Shown here in pieces: positions 23,840 to 36,741 of a DNA stretch of 36,741 nt. The stretch lies in contig NC_057751.1 of the NCBI RefSeq assembly GCF_004010195.1, forward strand, positions 14,238,812 through 14,275,552. The letters are read 5' to 3'. Position numbers and translations under genes: made by a program. Position 1 is the first letter of the stretch; each line of letters opens with the position of its first letter. This DNA comes from Chiloscyllium plagiosum (lineage: Eukaryota). Below the pieces are notes generated by a model. The model saw only the letters and a program-made list of their open reading frames with translations, did not search any database and was not told the DNA's origin.

Positions 23840-24965
23840 TCACAGCATGGAAACAGATCCTTCAGTCCAACTAATCCACGCTGACCATGTTCCTGAACTA
23901 AACTTGTCTCAGTTACCTGCGTTTGGTCCATATTCCTTCAAATTCTTCCTGTTTATGGAATTATCCAAATGTCTTTTTAAGGTTGTAACTGTCCCTGCAT
24001 CCACCACTTCCTCCAGCAGTTCAATCCACAGATGAACCACCCTCTGTATAGAAAGCATTGCCTTTCATGTCCTTTTTAAAGCTTTCTACTCTCGCACTAA
24101 AAAGATGATCCCTCATTTTGAACTCCCCCACTCTTGGGGGGGGAAGACCTTTGCTATTCACTTTATTTGTGCCCCTCATGATTTTATAAACCTTTAATAC
24201 AGTCACCCATCCATCTCCTGTACTCTCTTGAAAAAAATCCCAGCTTATCCAGCCTATTATGCGAACGCAAAAGCCTTCCATACCCGGCAATATCCTAGTA
24301 AGTCTTTTCTGAACCCTCTCCAATTCAATAGTTTCCTTCCTGTAGCACTGTGACCAGAATTGCATTCAGTACTCGAAAAGAGGCCTCACCAATGTCCTGG
24401 ACAAGGTCAACACGACCTCCCAACTCGTATACCCAAAGGTCTGAGCACTGAAGGCAAAGTTGCTAAACTCCTTCTCAATCACCCTGTGTCTCCCTGAGAA
24501 GCAAATATCAAAGGATAATGTCCCTGGTCCCTGTGTCTCTATTCTACAATACTGCCTAAGGCCCTACTATTTTTATGTGAGTCCCACCTTGTTTGTTTTA
24601 CCGAGATGTAATACCTCACATTTATTCAAATTAAACTCCATCTCCCACTTCTCAGCCTGTTGACCCAATTGATCAAGATGTCTTTGTAATCTTAGTTAAA
24701 AATCACACAACACCAGCTGATAGTCGGACAGGTTTAATCGGAAGCACTAGCTTTTGGAGCACCGCTCCTTCATCAGGTGGTTGTGAGCGGCGCTCCGAAA
24801 GCTAGTGCTTCCAGTTAAACCTGTCGGACTATCAGCTGGTGTTGTGTGATTTTTAACTTTATGCACCCCAGTCCAACACCGGCATCTCCAAATCATTTGT
24901 AATCTTCACTGTCCACTCTGCCACCAATCTTGATATCCTCTGCAAACTTAGTAACCACGCTTCCA
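23840..24965 (-). mobile_element. CR1 3' fragment, interrupted at 24694-24895
   Basis: ORF 24021..24365 (MQFWSQCYRKETIELERVQKRLTRILPG), with SKFAEDIK near 24930-24950. Confidence 0.88.
24694..24895. mobile_element. Fold-back PLE-terminus-derived element B with 11-bp TSD tttgtaatctt; hammerhead motif on minus strand 24745-24779
   Basis: Arms ~24694-24766 and ~24785-24858 are near-perfect reverse complements. TSD at 24683-24693 and 24896-24906. Minus strand reads CAC-CTGATGA-A-GGAGC-GGT-GCTCC-AAAA-GC-TA-GTG. Confidence 0.9.
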
Positions 24966-26303
24966 TGGAATAAATTTAATCTGGGAGGGGTTCTTTGGTG
25001 TTTCGGGGCAGATCAGTTACATCGACCGCTTGGAATGATAGTATCATGAGTCTTAAACCTCAAGTTAAATGACAGGAGGCATTTCGTCTCCCTCATCGAA
25101 TACTCCATGTAATTTGCAGAAAAAGCCACATATGCAGTTCAACCCAGCCTTGGAAACACATTTGAGCACAGGGATATTGTCTGAGATACAAGTCACTTTT
25201 ATTGATGAATTCAAGGGAAATATTCAGCATTTGAAATGGAGAATTAAAAGAGCATTTGGAATGTGGTTCCACCTTCCCAATCCATGGTGAAGTTGGTGAG
25301 TGATGATGATTAACAGCAAGTGCAGCGTTTCAGATGGTTTTAAACACAGCACTTGAAGTGCCCATACAGTTACCACTCAGTAGCACATTAGTTTACGGGG
25401 TGAGGAGCATCCATCTCAGTGCTCATGTCAACACTTGTAGAATGGAATTACTTCAAGTATATTATCCTGCAGATTACAACTTTGTCTTTATCATCATAGT
25501 CATCAGGGAGCAGTGTCACTTTGACCAGTTTTACAAGAGCTTATATCCTCAGTAGAGAATTCTTCATCTACTGCGATGATACATGAACCATTTAACTCCT
25601 TAAGAATTTTAAAAATATTTTACAAAGAAGTTGTTTTCAGTTCATCATGGGTATTTAAAACACGGCAAACAAAGATCTCTTCTGTTAAAACAGAAAAGCA
25701 ATGGATCTTGCCTTTGCATCACACAGCTCACCAATTCCGCTGTCAACCAACTCCTGGGTTGGGTGAAACTGGGTGACTGCCTTCCTTCACAGTAGTTGAT
25801 GGTGAGGGAAGTCATAGTGAATGAACTGAAAGTCAGCTGACAATGGAAACTTGGGGCCGGCTGATTGCAAATGTGAACTAAACAGATCTGCCGTTCTTGA
25901 GGATAATAGTCACTTTTGACCAGCCAGTCTGCCAGAGGATAAATGAGGTTATATGTGAAGCCAGGAATTTTTTTTCCAGTGAACTCTGAGCAACCTGTGC
26001 AGTGAGTGCCCTATCAGACAGGGCAGCCCTTGTTAAGCAAAGAGCAGGATTTTGTCCTGTGCAGGGTTTCACTGGTTCAAACCACAGGAGTTTCTGCATG
26101 TGCACTTGAACGTCCTTGATTCTCCCAAACTGTGGTTAAGTGTCTGAACATGGGTAACTGAGACATTCCCTTAGAGGTATCATGTTCACTCATTATACAG
26201 TAAACAAATATATCGATCCTTCGTGTGTCACACTACCTTGGTTTGCCCATTGTTAGCTGGCTGAACTTCTTTGGATGTAAAATAGTGACTGATCAAAAAT
26301 AAA

Positions 26304-26444
26304 GTTAAAAATCACACAACACCGGGTTATAGTCCAACAGGTTTATTATAGTCCAACAGGTTTATTTGAAATCACTAGCTTTCAGTGTTGTGTGATTTTT
26401 AACTTAGTACACCCAGCTCCAACACCGGCATCTCCAAATCATGA
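26304..26444. mobile_element. Fold-back element C, same family, internally deleted
   Basis: gttaaaaatcacacaacac ... gtgttgtgtgatttttaac inverted repeat, same tail ccaacaccggcatctccaaatcatga, tandem duplication of tatagtccaacaggtttat. Confidence 0.85.
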
Positions 26445-29400
26445 GCAAACATAAGTATAGTGCGTTATTTTCACTTTTATCATGTTAGTTTCAAAGGCAT
26501 TCTCAAGTGTTGTGTTTCTACTAAACTTTGAACGATGTGGTTAATAGCAAACGGTGTTTGCCCAGAAACACAGCATTCAGGTTGCTTTGGCCATTGTGTG
26601 TATAATCGTGCTGGGTTGAACCTTCTCCACATGTCAGATTGTTTTCCATCAAATTTAAACCCCACCATCAGGAATTCATGGCATTACCAAGTAAATGTAC
26701 AGTGCTGATGGTTTTTATAAGTTTAAGCACAGAACATGCAGCTCATTATACACCAATTGCCCATCACACACTTTCAGTTTGCTTTGCAATATGTTGTAAT
26801 GAGACTCACCAGCAAAGCTCCAGTGCTTGTTGTGCTGAAATAAGGAACAAAGAGCTCATTAAATCAAAGAGACACAACCGAGTGGTTCAATTAGGTTGAA
26901 ATGTCCTTTCTCAGTATTGAAGTATGCTGCGATGCTGACTGTGACTGTTAGTGAATTGTGATTTAACTAATGAATTGCAACTTGCAGCCTTAGCGCAGCA
27001 ATTCGAGCTTTTCACATGCAAATACTCAATGACATACACTCAACTGATAGTGTCCGAGGAAGGATAGTCTACTGTCCTTTATCACAATTGCAACCACAAC
27101 CACCTGATGATGGAGCAGCTTAAGGTGTCATGAATTGATACACTTGATTAAATTGTTCCAGATAACTACGATTAAATAAAACACACTTGGTTCACTGCTC
27201 TGATGTTGTGAAAACTTCTTTCCAATTTCCTCGTTAGACCATGAGCTCCTTTCTGAAATACTGCTTCTTAGTACCAAGCACCACCTGTGAAACACAATAG
27301 TTGAAATTCATGAGCTTATTCTGGTGACAACAGAGAAGGTAGCTCCCAGACTGTGCATCAATCACAAGACCCAAGTGAGAGTAGATAGGGGAGGAAAGGC
27401 CGTTGTTGTCAGTGAGTATCAGTGCACTGGCTGGGCCTTCAAAAAAGTTGACAGCTACCATAAAGTACTGATAGTTTGCTTGTCCCAGTTATTAACTTCA
27501 CAAGCAAAACACTCCCTTTCAGCATTGCATTATTGGCTCCCAGCAAAGGTCATTTCCACAGGAGAAATGCACCGCTGCTGGCTTTGTCTCACCTGAATTA
27601 ACTCCATCACTGCCAAATACTTAACCTGCATGAACATTTTTCTGTATTACTGAACTTGGTTAAGCTCAAACATTGTTGGGAGATGATAATTCTAGATCCA
27701 CTTTGCCTCCCTAATTGATCTTAACACAAACACAATTGTCCTGCGTTAATTCTGGGGATCTGAACTGAATAGTGTTTTTCTTTTAGTTTGGCTGAAATTG
27801 TTTAATTGCTGTGCAGGGACCTTTTGAATTAGAGTGATTGTATTAGAGTTGATTGACGATCTCGATTACTGTAAGCTGAGCAAGTGCAGATGGAAATTGA
27901 ACTTTATGGGAATGGCACAGAAATAGTGTGGAGCCCATAAGGTCACATGGCAACAAAAGAAGTTAGAGCGGACAGAGAACTGTTCTTGCAGTGTTAAATT
28001 CTCTGAAGTGGATTTCATAGGGTGTGACTTTGCTCATTTTGTTTCTGACACATGAACTCACTTTCTTATGATTAGGCAGGCAGCCTTTACTTTTAGTATG
28101 TATGGTTCATGAATATGCGTGACTATGACACTTCAGGTCCTTAACCACCTCGTGTCATGAAAATAGATGCATCTTGACCACAAACACACAGACCCTGTAT
28201 TATGTTGCATGGCATTTAGACGTTGCAGCAAGCTCAGTAGAGGACATGCGGTTTGAGTGAAACTGTGGAATGTGTTTTCAATAGCTGCCAAGTGATGTTG
28301 CCGAATTAAAAGCATTAACTCACCACCATCTTACACTCGTACAATAAAAGAGAAAATGTTTGCTTTATCTATCACAAAAATGTTTTTAGCATGAAACAAT
28401 TAGACTTGAATGATTGAGCAATTTCAAATTAATGTTTGCACATCTTTGGTCGCTACTGAACTCAAATATATTTTCATGTCTTGGTTTATTCACAATTTCT
28501 ATTTAAGTGTTGCAGACTTGTCAATTAAAAGATTATGGGAAGCAGCGTGTCAAAATAACCTGTGCAAGAGTGGTTGAACTTAATTTGTCAGCCAGAATGT
28601 GGTATTGTTTGAATGAGACATTCTGTGACGTTGCACTGACAAGCATTAATTCTGGACTGAAGTTTCTATGACATTGGATTTTAAATGAAACTTGTCAGTG
28701 AAGCTGAAATCAGGTCAATTGTCCATTGAAAGTGAATTATGTGGATGCAATATGATGGAAAACCAGATAAAAGTTAATGACAGATAAACTGGCTGATGTC
28801 AGTTTTTAAAATAATTGGAGTATGGGTTAAGATGACAGTTCATGCACGTTTTCCTGTTTATTTAACCCGCCTTGCCTTACAAGTTGCAGTAACCTTTGAC
28901 ACAGTAAAGAGCACCAATGACTTCCTAACAAAGATGCATATAGTCAAAGGAAGAAGCCCTGAGGTGCTCTGTGTTATTTGATTCTCTCTCTGTTTTCCAC
29001 CATGTCTCACTGTTAAGATTTCTTCTCAACTGCCGTTACCCAGACATATTTTGGATTTTTCTGTTCCCACCATCTCAGATTTTGATCCCATGTGGTAGTC
29101 ATAGTGGTATTCCAGAGTACAATGTAATGTTGAGAATTTTGCAGATTGTTGAAGGACCATGTTTCTGTTACCAATGATCATTTGGCTGCTCTTTTCTCCC
29201 TCCTGCCTCCCGTGCCTCACCAAAAATCCCGGCTTCCCATTTCTTGCCACATTATTAGACTTTGTCTGTGTCAACAGCTTTTAAATTCATCCGATGATCG
29301 TAACCTATCTGAATCACTTGTGTCAGAGCCTGACTTGCAGTTTTACAGACAGGCCTTTGGGGTTAGTTTACCCAGTTTTGCAACATGGAGGATTAACAGT

Positions 29401-29483
29401 TTAGTTTTGCTCTTTCAGGTCCTAAGGCTGGAAGCCATGGATTGTGGGTTTGGTTCCAGTATTGATGATTCATTGTGTCTGTT

Positions 29484-30243
29484 TCTTTTATTTTGTTAAT
29501 ATATTTATTCACAATTTTTTTAAACTTTACAAACATATAAAATTATTGAAAAATACAATCATTAACATATATCTGTATAATAACAAAAAACACAAAGTAC
29601 AATACAACCACCATCTACTAACTACTAACCTATCCTATAATGCGAAACAAACCCTAACACTGTGCAAAGTGATAAATAAGCAAATAACTAATAGATCAAA
29701 AATGAGAAAAGCAAAAAAAATCATAAAAAACACAGAACACAGAACAGCTATGCCCGGCACAAACCTCCCAAACAAAGGAACGGGAGCATTGTATATATAC
29801 CCATATTAACTCAGGAGACCCCCCCACTCCCTCCAGGCCCCAGGGCTCAACAAACCTAACCATCCTGGTTAAACAAACGCCCTAGTTAAGATAACTGACA
29901 AATCTATATCCAAATAACTCAATTAGGGCTGCCACATCTTACAAGAATGGTCTCTTGTGTGGTGCACCATATTTGTAAAAAAGTCCAAGGGAATGTGCTC
30001 CATAATTAATTTCTGCCATCCCAGCAAGCCTGGCGGGTTCTCGGACATCCAATTCATCAGAATATTCTTTTGTGCACAGTAAGAAAGAGTATTAAATAGT
30101 TTCTTCCCATGCCCGTCTAAAGATGGTAAATTCGGTAGACCTAGGAGGAGAGATATCGGATTTACTTTAATTTCAGTCCTCAATACCCTCCCTACCTCCT
30201 CCGCCACAGCGCTCCAATAAACACTGAGCCTGTGGCATGTCAT
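29484..30243 (-). mobile_element. L1-clade LINE 3' fragment (ORF2 C-terminus, T-rich 3' UTR, polyA signal)
   Basis: Minus strand C..LSVYWSAV...AQKNILMNW....PPGLLGW...KMWQP is typical of fish L1 ORF2 ends. AATAAA and an A-rich end lie near 29484-29507. Confidence 0.8.
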
Positions 30244-30390
30244 TATGTTTCTAACATATAAAATGTGTAAACATATGTTACAGTCAGATGAGAAGACAAA
30301 TGTGTGACTTGAATGGCTATGACAAAATCTATAAAACTTGTCTTCATGCAAGGAGCTTGATGTGTCGGTGCTGTATCACTGCATTTGTGA

Positions 30391-30606
<216 letters not shown>

Positions 30607-31047
30607 TGAGTCTGCTGTGACAGCTAAATTGGGATTAAGTGCAGTCAGAACATAAAATGTCTTTTGCTCATTTCATTGGCAAAGTGTTCCGTATTCTTTC
30701 CCACCTAACCTGGCTTTACACTGAAAGTCACCAACAGAGCGATCTCAAGTTGTGCCGAGTTTCCCTCTGCCTGTGTTTCTTTTAAAATGTTGTGCCCAGT
30801 TTAGTGCATCTCAAGTCATAGAGATGTACGGCATGGAAACACCCTTCGGTCCAATTCCTCCATGCCAACATTAGTCTACTCCCATTGGCCAAACCCTTCC
30901 TACTCATGCACCCATCCAGATGCCATTCAAATGTAATTGTACCAGCCTCGACCAACTCCTCTGACAGCTCTTTTCAGACACTCACTACCCTCCACATGAT
31001 AAATTACCCCTTAAATCCCTTTTAAATCTTTCCCGTCACACCTTAAA

Positions 31048-31340
31048 CCTCACAGCACCAGGGACCCAGGTTCAATTCCCGCCTCAGGCAACTGTCTGTG
31101 TGGAGTTTGCACATTCTCCCCGTGTCTGCGTGGGTTTCCTCTGGGTGCTCCGGTTTCCTCCCACAGTCCAAAGATGTGCAGGTTAGGGTGAATTGGCCAT
31201 GCTCAATTGCCCATAGTGTTAGGTGAAGGGGTAAATGTAGGGGAATGGGTCTGGGCGGGTTGCTCTTCGGAGGTTCGGTGTGGACTTGTTGGGCCGAAGG
31301 GCCTGTTTCCACATTGTAAGTGACCTAATCTTATCTAATC
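31048..31340 (+). mobile_element. 5'-truncated HE1-type SINE inserted in CR1
   Basis: Lacks the first ~33 nt (A box). Otherwise closely matches the reverse complement of 22269-22560. Confidence 0.93.
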
Positions 31341-31479
31341 CATGCCCTCTAATATTGGACTCACCGACCCTGGGTAGAAAAACTTGGCTATTCACCCTAT
31401 CCATGCCCCCTCAGGATTTTATAAAGTTCTATCAGGTCATCCTCTGACGCTTCAGGGAAAACAGCCCCAGCCTATTCAG

Positions 31480-31480
<1 letters not shown>

Positions 31481-31511
<31 letters not shown>
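31481..31511. repeat. (CT)n microsatellite
   Basis: About 15 CT units. Confidence 0.95.
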
Positions 31512-31514
<3 letters not shown>

Positions 31515-32384
31515 CCCTCGCTCACGCCATGCAACCGGCAACATCTTCATAACTCGATGAATTCGTTCGAGTTTCACAACATCCTTCTGAGAGCAGGGAG
31601 ACCAGAATTGCACACAATGTTCTAAAAGTGACCATACCAACGTCCGGTCGTGCCTCAACATGACCTCCCAATTCATACACTCAATTCACTGACCAATAAA
31701 GGCAAGTATACCAAACACTTTCTTCATTCCCGTCTACCTGCGCCTCCACTTTCAAAGGACTGTGAACCTGCATTCCAAGGTCTCTTTGTTCAGCCAAACT
31801 TCCCAGGAAATTACCATTAAGTGTAGAAGTCCTGTCCTAGCTTGCCTTACCAAAATGCAACACCTCACTGTTATCCAAATTAAATCCCATCTGCTCATCA
31901 AGGATTATGAACAATCCAATGAATTGTTGAGTCTTACAACTTGTTGAGATGCAAATAATTATAACTCTTATTTAAAATTGTACATTGCATGCAACTCCAT
32001 ATGCAATGTTGCTTGGCATCAACATCACTTGTGCTGTAGTCGAATTGAACTGCAATCAATGCTGAAGTCAAGATGTTGTTCTCTGTATAATGACTTGTTG
32101 TTGCAGATGTTTCAATATTCTTTTGTTTAATGTGTTTCCTCTTAGCTGTGTTTGCCTTTTACTATAAAACCATCTACCCCATTGGAAATATTCTGGAAAT
32201 GCTTTTGAAAAGTACTTCACTCCATCCTTTTCTCCATCTTTCTTACTCTTGCTTCGATTTTCTCTCCCTCTTGCTTTGTTCACTTAATGCATTCCTTTCA
32301 GGGTCTTTCTCTTTGCCCCACCTGAACAATTTTTGGGCATGCAGTGATAATTGGTTTGATGTTTTCTCATCTTCCTGCTGTTGA

Positions 32385-32621
<237 letters not shown>

Positions 32622-33585
32622 TAGACAGTAGACAGTAGGTGCAGGAGTAGGCCATTCTGCCCTTCGAGCCTGCACCGCCATTCAGTACGATCATGGCTGA
32701 TCATCCTTAATCAGTATCCTGTTCCTGCCTTATCTCCATAACCCTTGATTCCACTATCTTTGAGAGCTCTATCCAACTCTTTCTTAAATGAATCCAGAGA
32801 CTGGGCCTCCACTGCCCTCTGGGGCAGAGCATTCCACACAGCCACCCTCTCTGGGTGAAGAAGTTTTTCCTCATCTCTGTCCTAAATGGTCTACCCTGTG
32901 TTTTGAAGCTGTGTCCTTTGGTTCGGCATTCACCCATCAGCGGAAAATGTTTCCTGCCTCCAGAGTGTCCAATCCTTTAATAATCTTATCTGTCTCAATC
33001 AGATCCCCTCTCAGTCTTCTCAACTCAAGGGTATACAAGCCCAGTCGCTCCAGTCTCTCAGTGTAAGTTAGTCCTGCCATTCCAGGAATTGACCTCGTGA
33101 ACTACGCTGCACTCCCTCAATAGCCAGAATGTCTTTCCTCAAATTTGGAGACAGAACTGCATACAATACTCCAGGTGTGGTCTCACCAGGGCCCTGTACA
33201 GCTGGAGAAGAACCTCTTTGCTTCTATACTCAATCCCTCTTGTTATGAAGGCCAGCAGGCCTGCTGTACCTGCATGCTTACCTTCATTGACTGGTGTACA
33301 AGAACACCCAAGATCTCTCTGTACTGCCCCTTTACCTAAATTGATTCCATTTAGGTAGTAATCTGCCTTCCTGTTCTTGTGAAATGGAGCCGTTTATCAC
33401 TACTCTTTGTTTCCTATCAGCCAACCAACTTTCAATCCAAGTTAGTACTTTGCCCCCAATACTATGCGCCCTAATTTTGCTCACTAACCTCCTATGTGGG
33501 ACTTTATCAAAAGCTTTCTGAAAGTCCAGGTACACTACATCTACTGGTTCTCCCTCGTCCATCTTCAGAGTTACATCCTCAAAAA
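32622..33585 (-). mobile_element. CR1 fragment of a distinct subfamily with an internal deletion near 33380
   Basis: MDEGEPVDVVYLDFQKAFDKVPHRRL...RKQRVVING, then FRTEMRKNFFTQR. The 3' end has tagacag repeats. Confidence 0.9.
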
Positions 33586-35733
33586 AGCTGCACCAAATTG
33601 TGGCCTTGATTTCAGTAAGTTTTAAAACACCTTTATGAATTTATGATTACTGTCAACAGTTTGCCCATGTAACTCAAATGGTGCTAGCTTTGTAGTTTTT
33701 TTTGTGTTATATAAAGTTCTACACGCGAGCTCAATTTATTTGCAAATTACTTCTCACCTCACTGTGTTGTGACACTCATCCACTTATCTAAAAGCCGTTC
33801 CAAACAATGCATTTATCGCCATGTTCTATTTGCTCAGCTATTTTAGCCTCGCTGCTCACTCAAACCTCTCCCAGCTGACGACTTGTCCTAGCATTGGCCT
33901 TCTCGGGCACAAAATCGCGAATTCAGTCATCTGCAATTTTCACAACCGAATCAGGTTTGACGTTTTAAAATGGGTACTTGTGCTCAACTCCCCCAACTCT
34001 GAGATCCAGTTACTGCTTCACATCTCTTGCTTCTCCCATCTCCATGCCATTACTGTCAGTGCTCAGAATCTGTCGATTCTGGCGGTTGTCCTATCTACTG
34101 CAAATGACCCTGGAAGGATAAGTCCTCTCAGAAATCTGAGAGGAGAAGCTAACATTTTTACACTACGGTTATGTGGTAACAACATGGCAGCGCATCCCTC
34201 ATACTGTTCACAGCAGGGGAAGTACTGACCATACTTAAAATGTCGCAGGTGACCTTGTGGGTATGGTTTAAAAAAAAAAATGTGCTGGTTATGTCAAGCC
34301 ACTTAAGAATGGAGTGGTGAAAAAGTATCCTTTGAGGCAGATCATGGAGAAGAGGCACTGAGAAGGATGGCCCGACTGACCATGTTAAAAGCTACAGAGA
34401 AACATATCCAGTTAAAACCAGAAGTGTCACTAGTGACTTTACTCCAAGTGGTTTCACTGCTGCTGCTAGGCCACAAGTTGAAAACATGGGTCTGCTGTCC
34501 ACATTGTGTGTCTTGTGCTTACTGGGGCAGACACAAGAATACCAAATTACAAAAGAAAACAAGAACCTACACTCAGCAAGATGCTGTGGGCTAATCTGTT
34601 GGTCATTGGACTTTGCACTAGACAAGGAAGAGTTCGCCGAGAAACAGGACACCCACCCCAAGTTTTTGTTTCATTGAAAAACGCAATGTGTGGGCAAGTT
34701 CCTTTTGAATGTAAATAACAGTAGCATCTAAACAAGTGTGAGTGAATAACCTTGGGAGCCTAACTAATCATCCCACACCCTTTCCACGTTTTACTTAACC
34801 TTGGACACTTCCCTCCATTCAGCACCTCCATTTCACTGTTTTGATCAAGCATTTTATATCTGTCCGCAACCTCAGCCTGCCTGACAGGCTTTCTTCCAAC
34901 CTGTTCTCTTGGTTATGTTTTTGTGATTTCAATCGAATGCTACAATTTTCTTTCCCTTTTTTTTCCGAACAATTGGAAAAATCTTCAGCAATTTTGCTCC
35001 AGTACTGGAGCTTCAGCCTTTTTCCCCAAACCTTTTCCCACCTTCAAGTGCACGAGCAAAGTCTGCCTCTTGGTGGGAGTTTTCAGTTTGCTAAGTGCTT
35101 GTTGACTCCAAGTACCCCTTAAACATGCAGACCCCCTGCTCAAAATTATGAATAGCTTTTGAAATACTTTGCAAATTTCAAAGAGCTGTAAAACTGTCCT
35201 AGGTGCACAGATGGTGACCAAGCCATGATCAGTTCTCTCACCAAGCGCACAGAACTCTAAAGTTTCTTTCTCTCTCCTTCCTCAGAAGCACATTGCAGAT
35301 AAGTAACAGTGAGAAATTGTGAATCCATATGCAGATACGATAACTCAGAGCTGCTGTACTTGAGCTCTCCTTGAGCAGGCCAAACCACTTGATTACCTTC
35401 CGGGACAAAAGCTGAAAAGTGCTCTTGGGCAGTTTTGAATGGGAAACACTGAGCTTTAAGTTATGCAAATCCAGAAAGGACTTCATTCCTAGAGGTGGAG
35501 ACTTGCCATGAGTTCTTGCCCATAAATTACCCTTCTTTATAAGCCCCTTTATTGACAAAAATGTTGCATCTTAACACAAGCATGAACCAGGCCATGAAAT
35601 AAATGGAGGAACAGTGGGGAAAGCCAGACGTTTGCTGGCAAGACTTAGTCCAGGAGCACAAAACCTGGGCTTCTCGGGGCCAATCCTGCAGAGTTGTTGT
35701 CGGTGTTGTGTATGTTTGTTGTTTTATATGTGA

Positions 35734-35898
<165 letters not shown>

Positions 35899-36171
35899 TG
35901 AAGAGCTCAACACATGGCAAACAACCAATCTTGCCTTTTCATTGTGGAATATAACACTGAACTGTTGAATTAAATCGAAGGTTCACCTCTCCTTAAAGGG
36001 GCTGTGCTCCATCTCATTGACATTACATCCAGTAGTTGCACCATTACATTCTCAGGGCTGTTTTGCACTAAATTCTCTTTACTGTGACAATTGAAAATTA
36101 GTGGCCATATTGGAAATGGAGAAGTGTGCAGATTATTGTTTTTATTCAGTTAAATTGTCCTAATAACTTTC

Positions 36172-36741
36172 CAATCCCTCTACACCTCCATCCGCCATGA
36201 CCAGGGCCTCCAAGCCCTCCGTTTTTTCCTCTCCAGACGTCCCCAACAGTACCCTTCCACCGACACTCTCATTCGTTTGGCCGAACTGGTCCTCACCCTT
36301 AACAATTTATCCTTCTAATCCTCCCACTTCCTCCAGACCAAAGGGGTAGCCATGGGCACACGTATGGGCCCAGGCTATGCCTGTCTCTTTGTTGGCTACG
36401 TGGAACATTTGATCTTCCGTAATTACACCGGCACCACTCCCCACCTCTTCCTCCGCTACATTGATGACTGCATTGGCGCCACCTCATGTTCCCACGAGGA
36501 GGTTGAGCAATTCATCAACTTCACCAACACATTCCACCCTGACCTTAAATTTACCTGGACCATCTCCGACACCTGGCTCCCCTTCCTGGACCTCTCCATC
36601 TCCATCAATGACGACCGACTTGACATCGATATTTTTTACAAACCCACCAACTCCCACAGCTACCTGGATTACACCACTTCCCACCCTACCTCTTGCAAAA
36701 ATGCAATCCCGTATTCCCAATTCCTCCGCCTCATCTGCTCC
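36172..36741 (+). mobile_element. Penelope-like element reverse transcriptase, 5'-truncated, runs off window end
   Basis: Single frame SLYTSI...LVLTLNN.SF*..HFLQTKGVAMGTRMGPGYACLFVG...FLRYIDDC...LKFT...LPFLDL...YKPT..HSYLDY.TSHP...KNAIPYSQFLR. One stop (TAA 36316-36318). YIDD at 36457-36468. Confidence 0.93.

Larger units (their letters stand above)
30815..31895 (-). mobile_element. CR1 3' fragment containing a SINE and a (CT)n tract
   Basis: ORF 31476..31676 (WEVMLR...LEHCVQFWSP...DVVKLER) and CR1 3' UTR at 30815-30900. Confidence 0.88.

Noticed and set aside
33800..35130. 135-aa ORF 33821..34228 and L2-like 3' remnants
   Set aside because: No protein motif. It looks like very old L2-type debris, too degraded to delimit.
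36484..36720. Minus-strand ORFs over the PLE RT
   Set aside because: Antisense shadows of a C-rich coding strand.

Overview
This is vertebrate (cartilaginous fish, shark-like) genomic DNA, not prokaryotic. The window lies inside the + strand gene for the MYST histone acetyltransferase KAT6A (MOZ/MYST3). Four consecutive GT-AG coding exons (116, 142, 162 and 94 nt) splice in frame into the MYST domain. The rest is intronic and rich in repeats: CR1-type LINEs (one near full length), HE1-type tRNA-derived SINEs, a Deu-domain SINE, L1 and L2 fragments, a solo LTR and several Penelope-like elements (PLEs). Three observations stand out. (1) Minimal type-I hammerhead ribozyme motifs occur in at least two, probably three, PLE-derived families. 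One is a 63-nt insertion flanked by a target-site duplication (TSD) that is little more than an intact hammerhead core, on the KAT6A sense strand; others sit in small fold-back elements. (2) A non-repetitive intronic island has clustered E-box/CRE motifs followed by a 37-codon candidate exon that would splice in frame onto the MYST exons. (3) Inverted SINEs tightly flank a 258-nt, frame-preserving exon pair, a circRNA-like layout. Almost all ORFs in the supplied track are decayed retroelement pieces or noise. Family names come from recognised motifs, not database searches.
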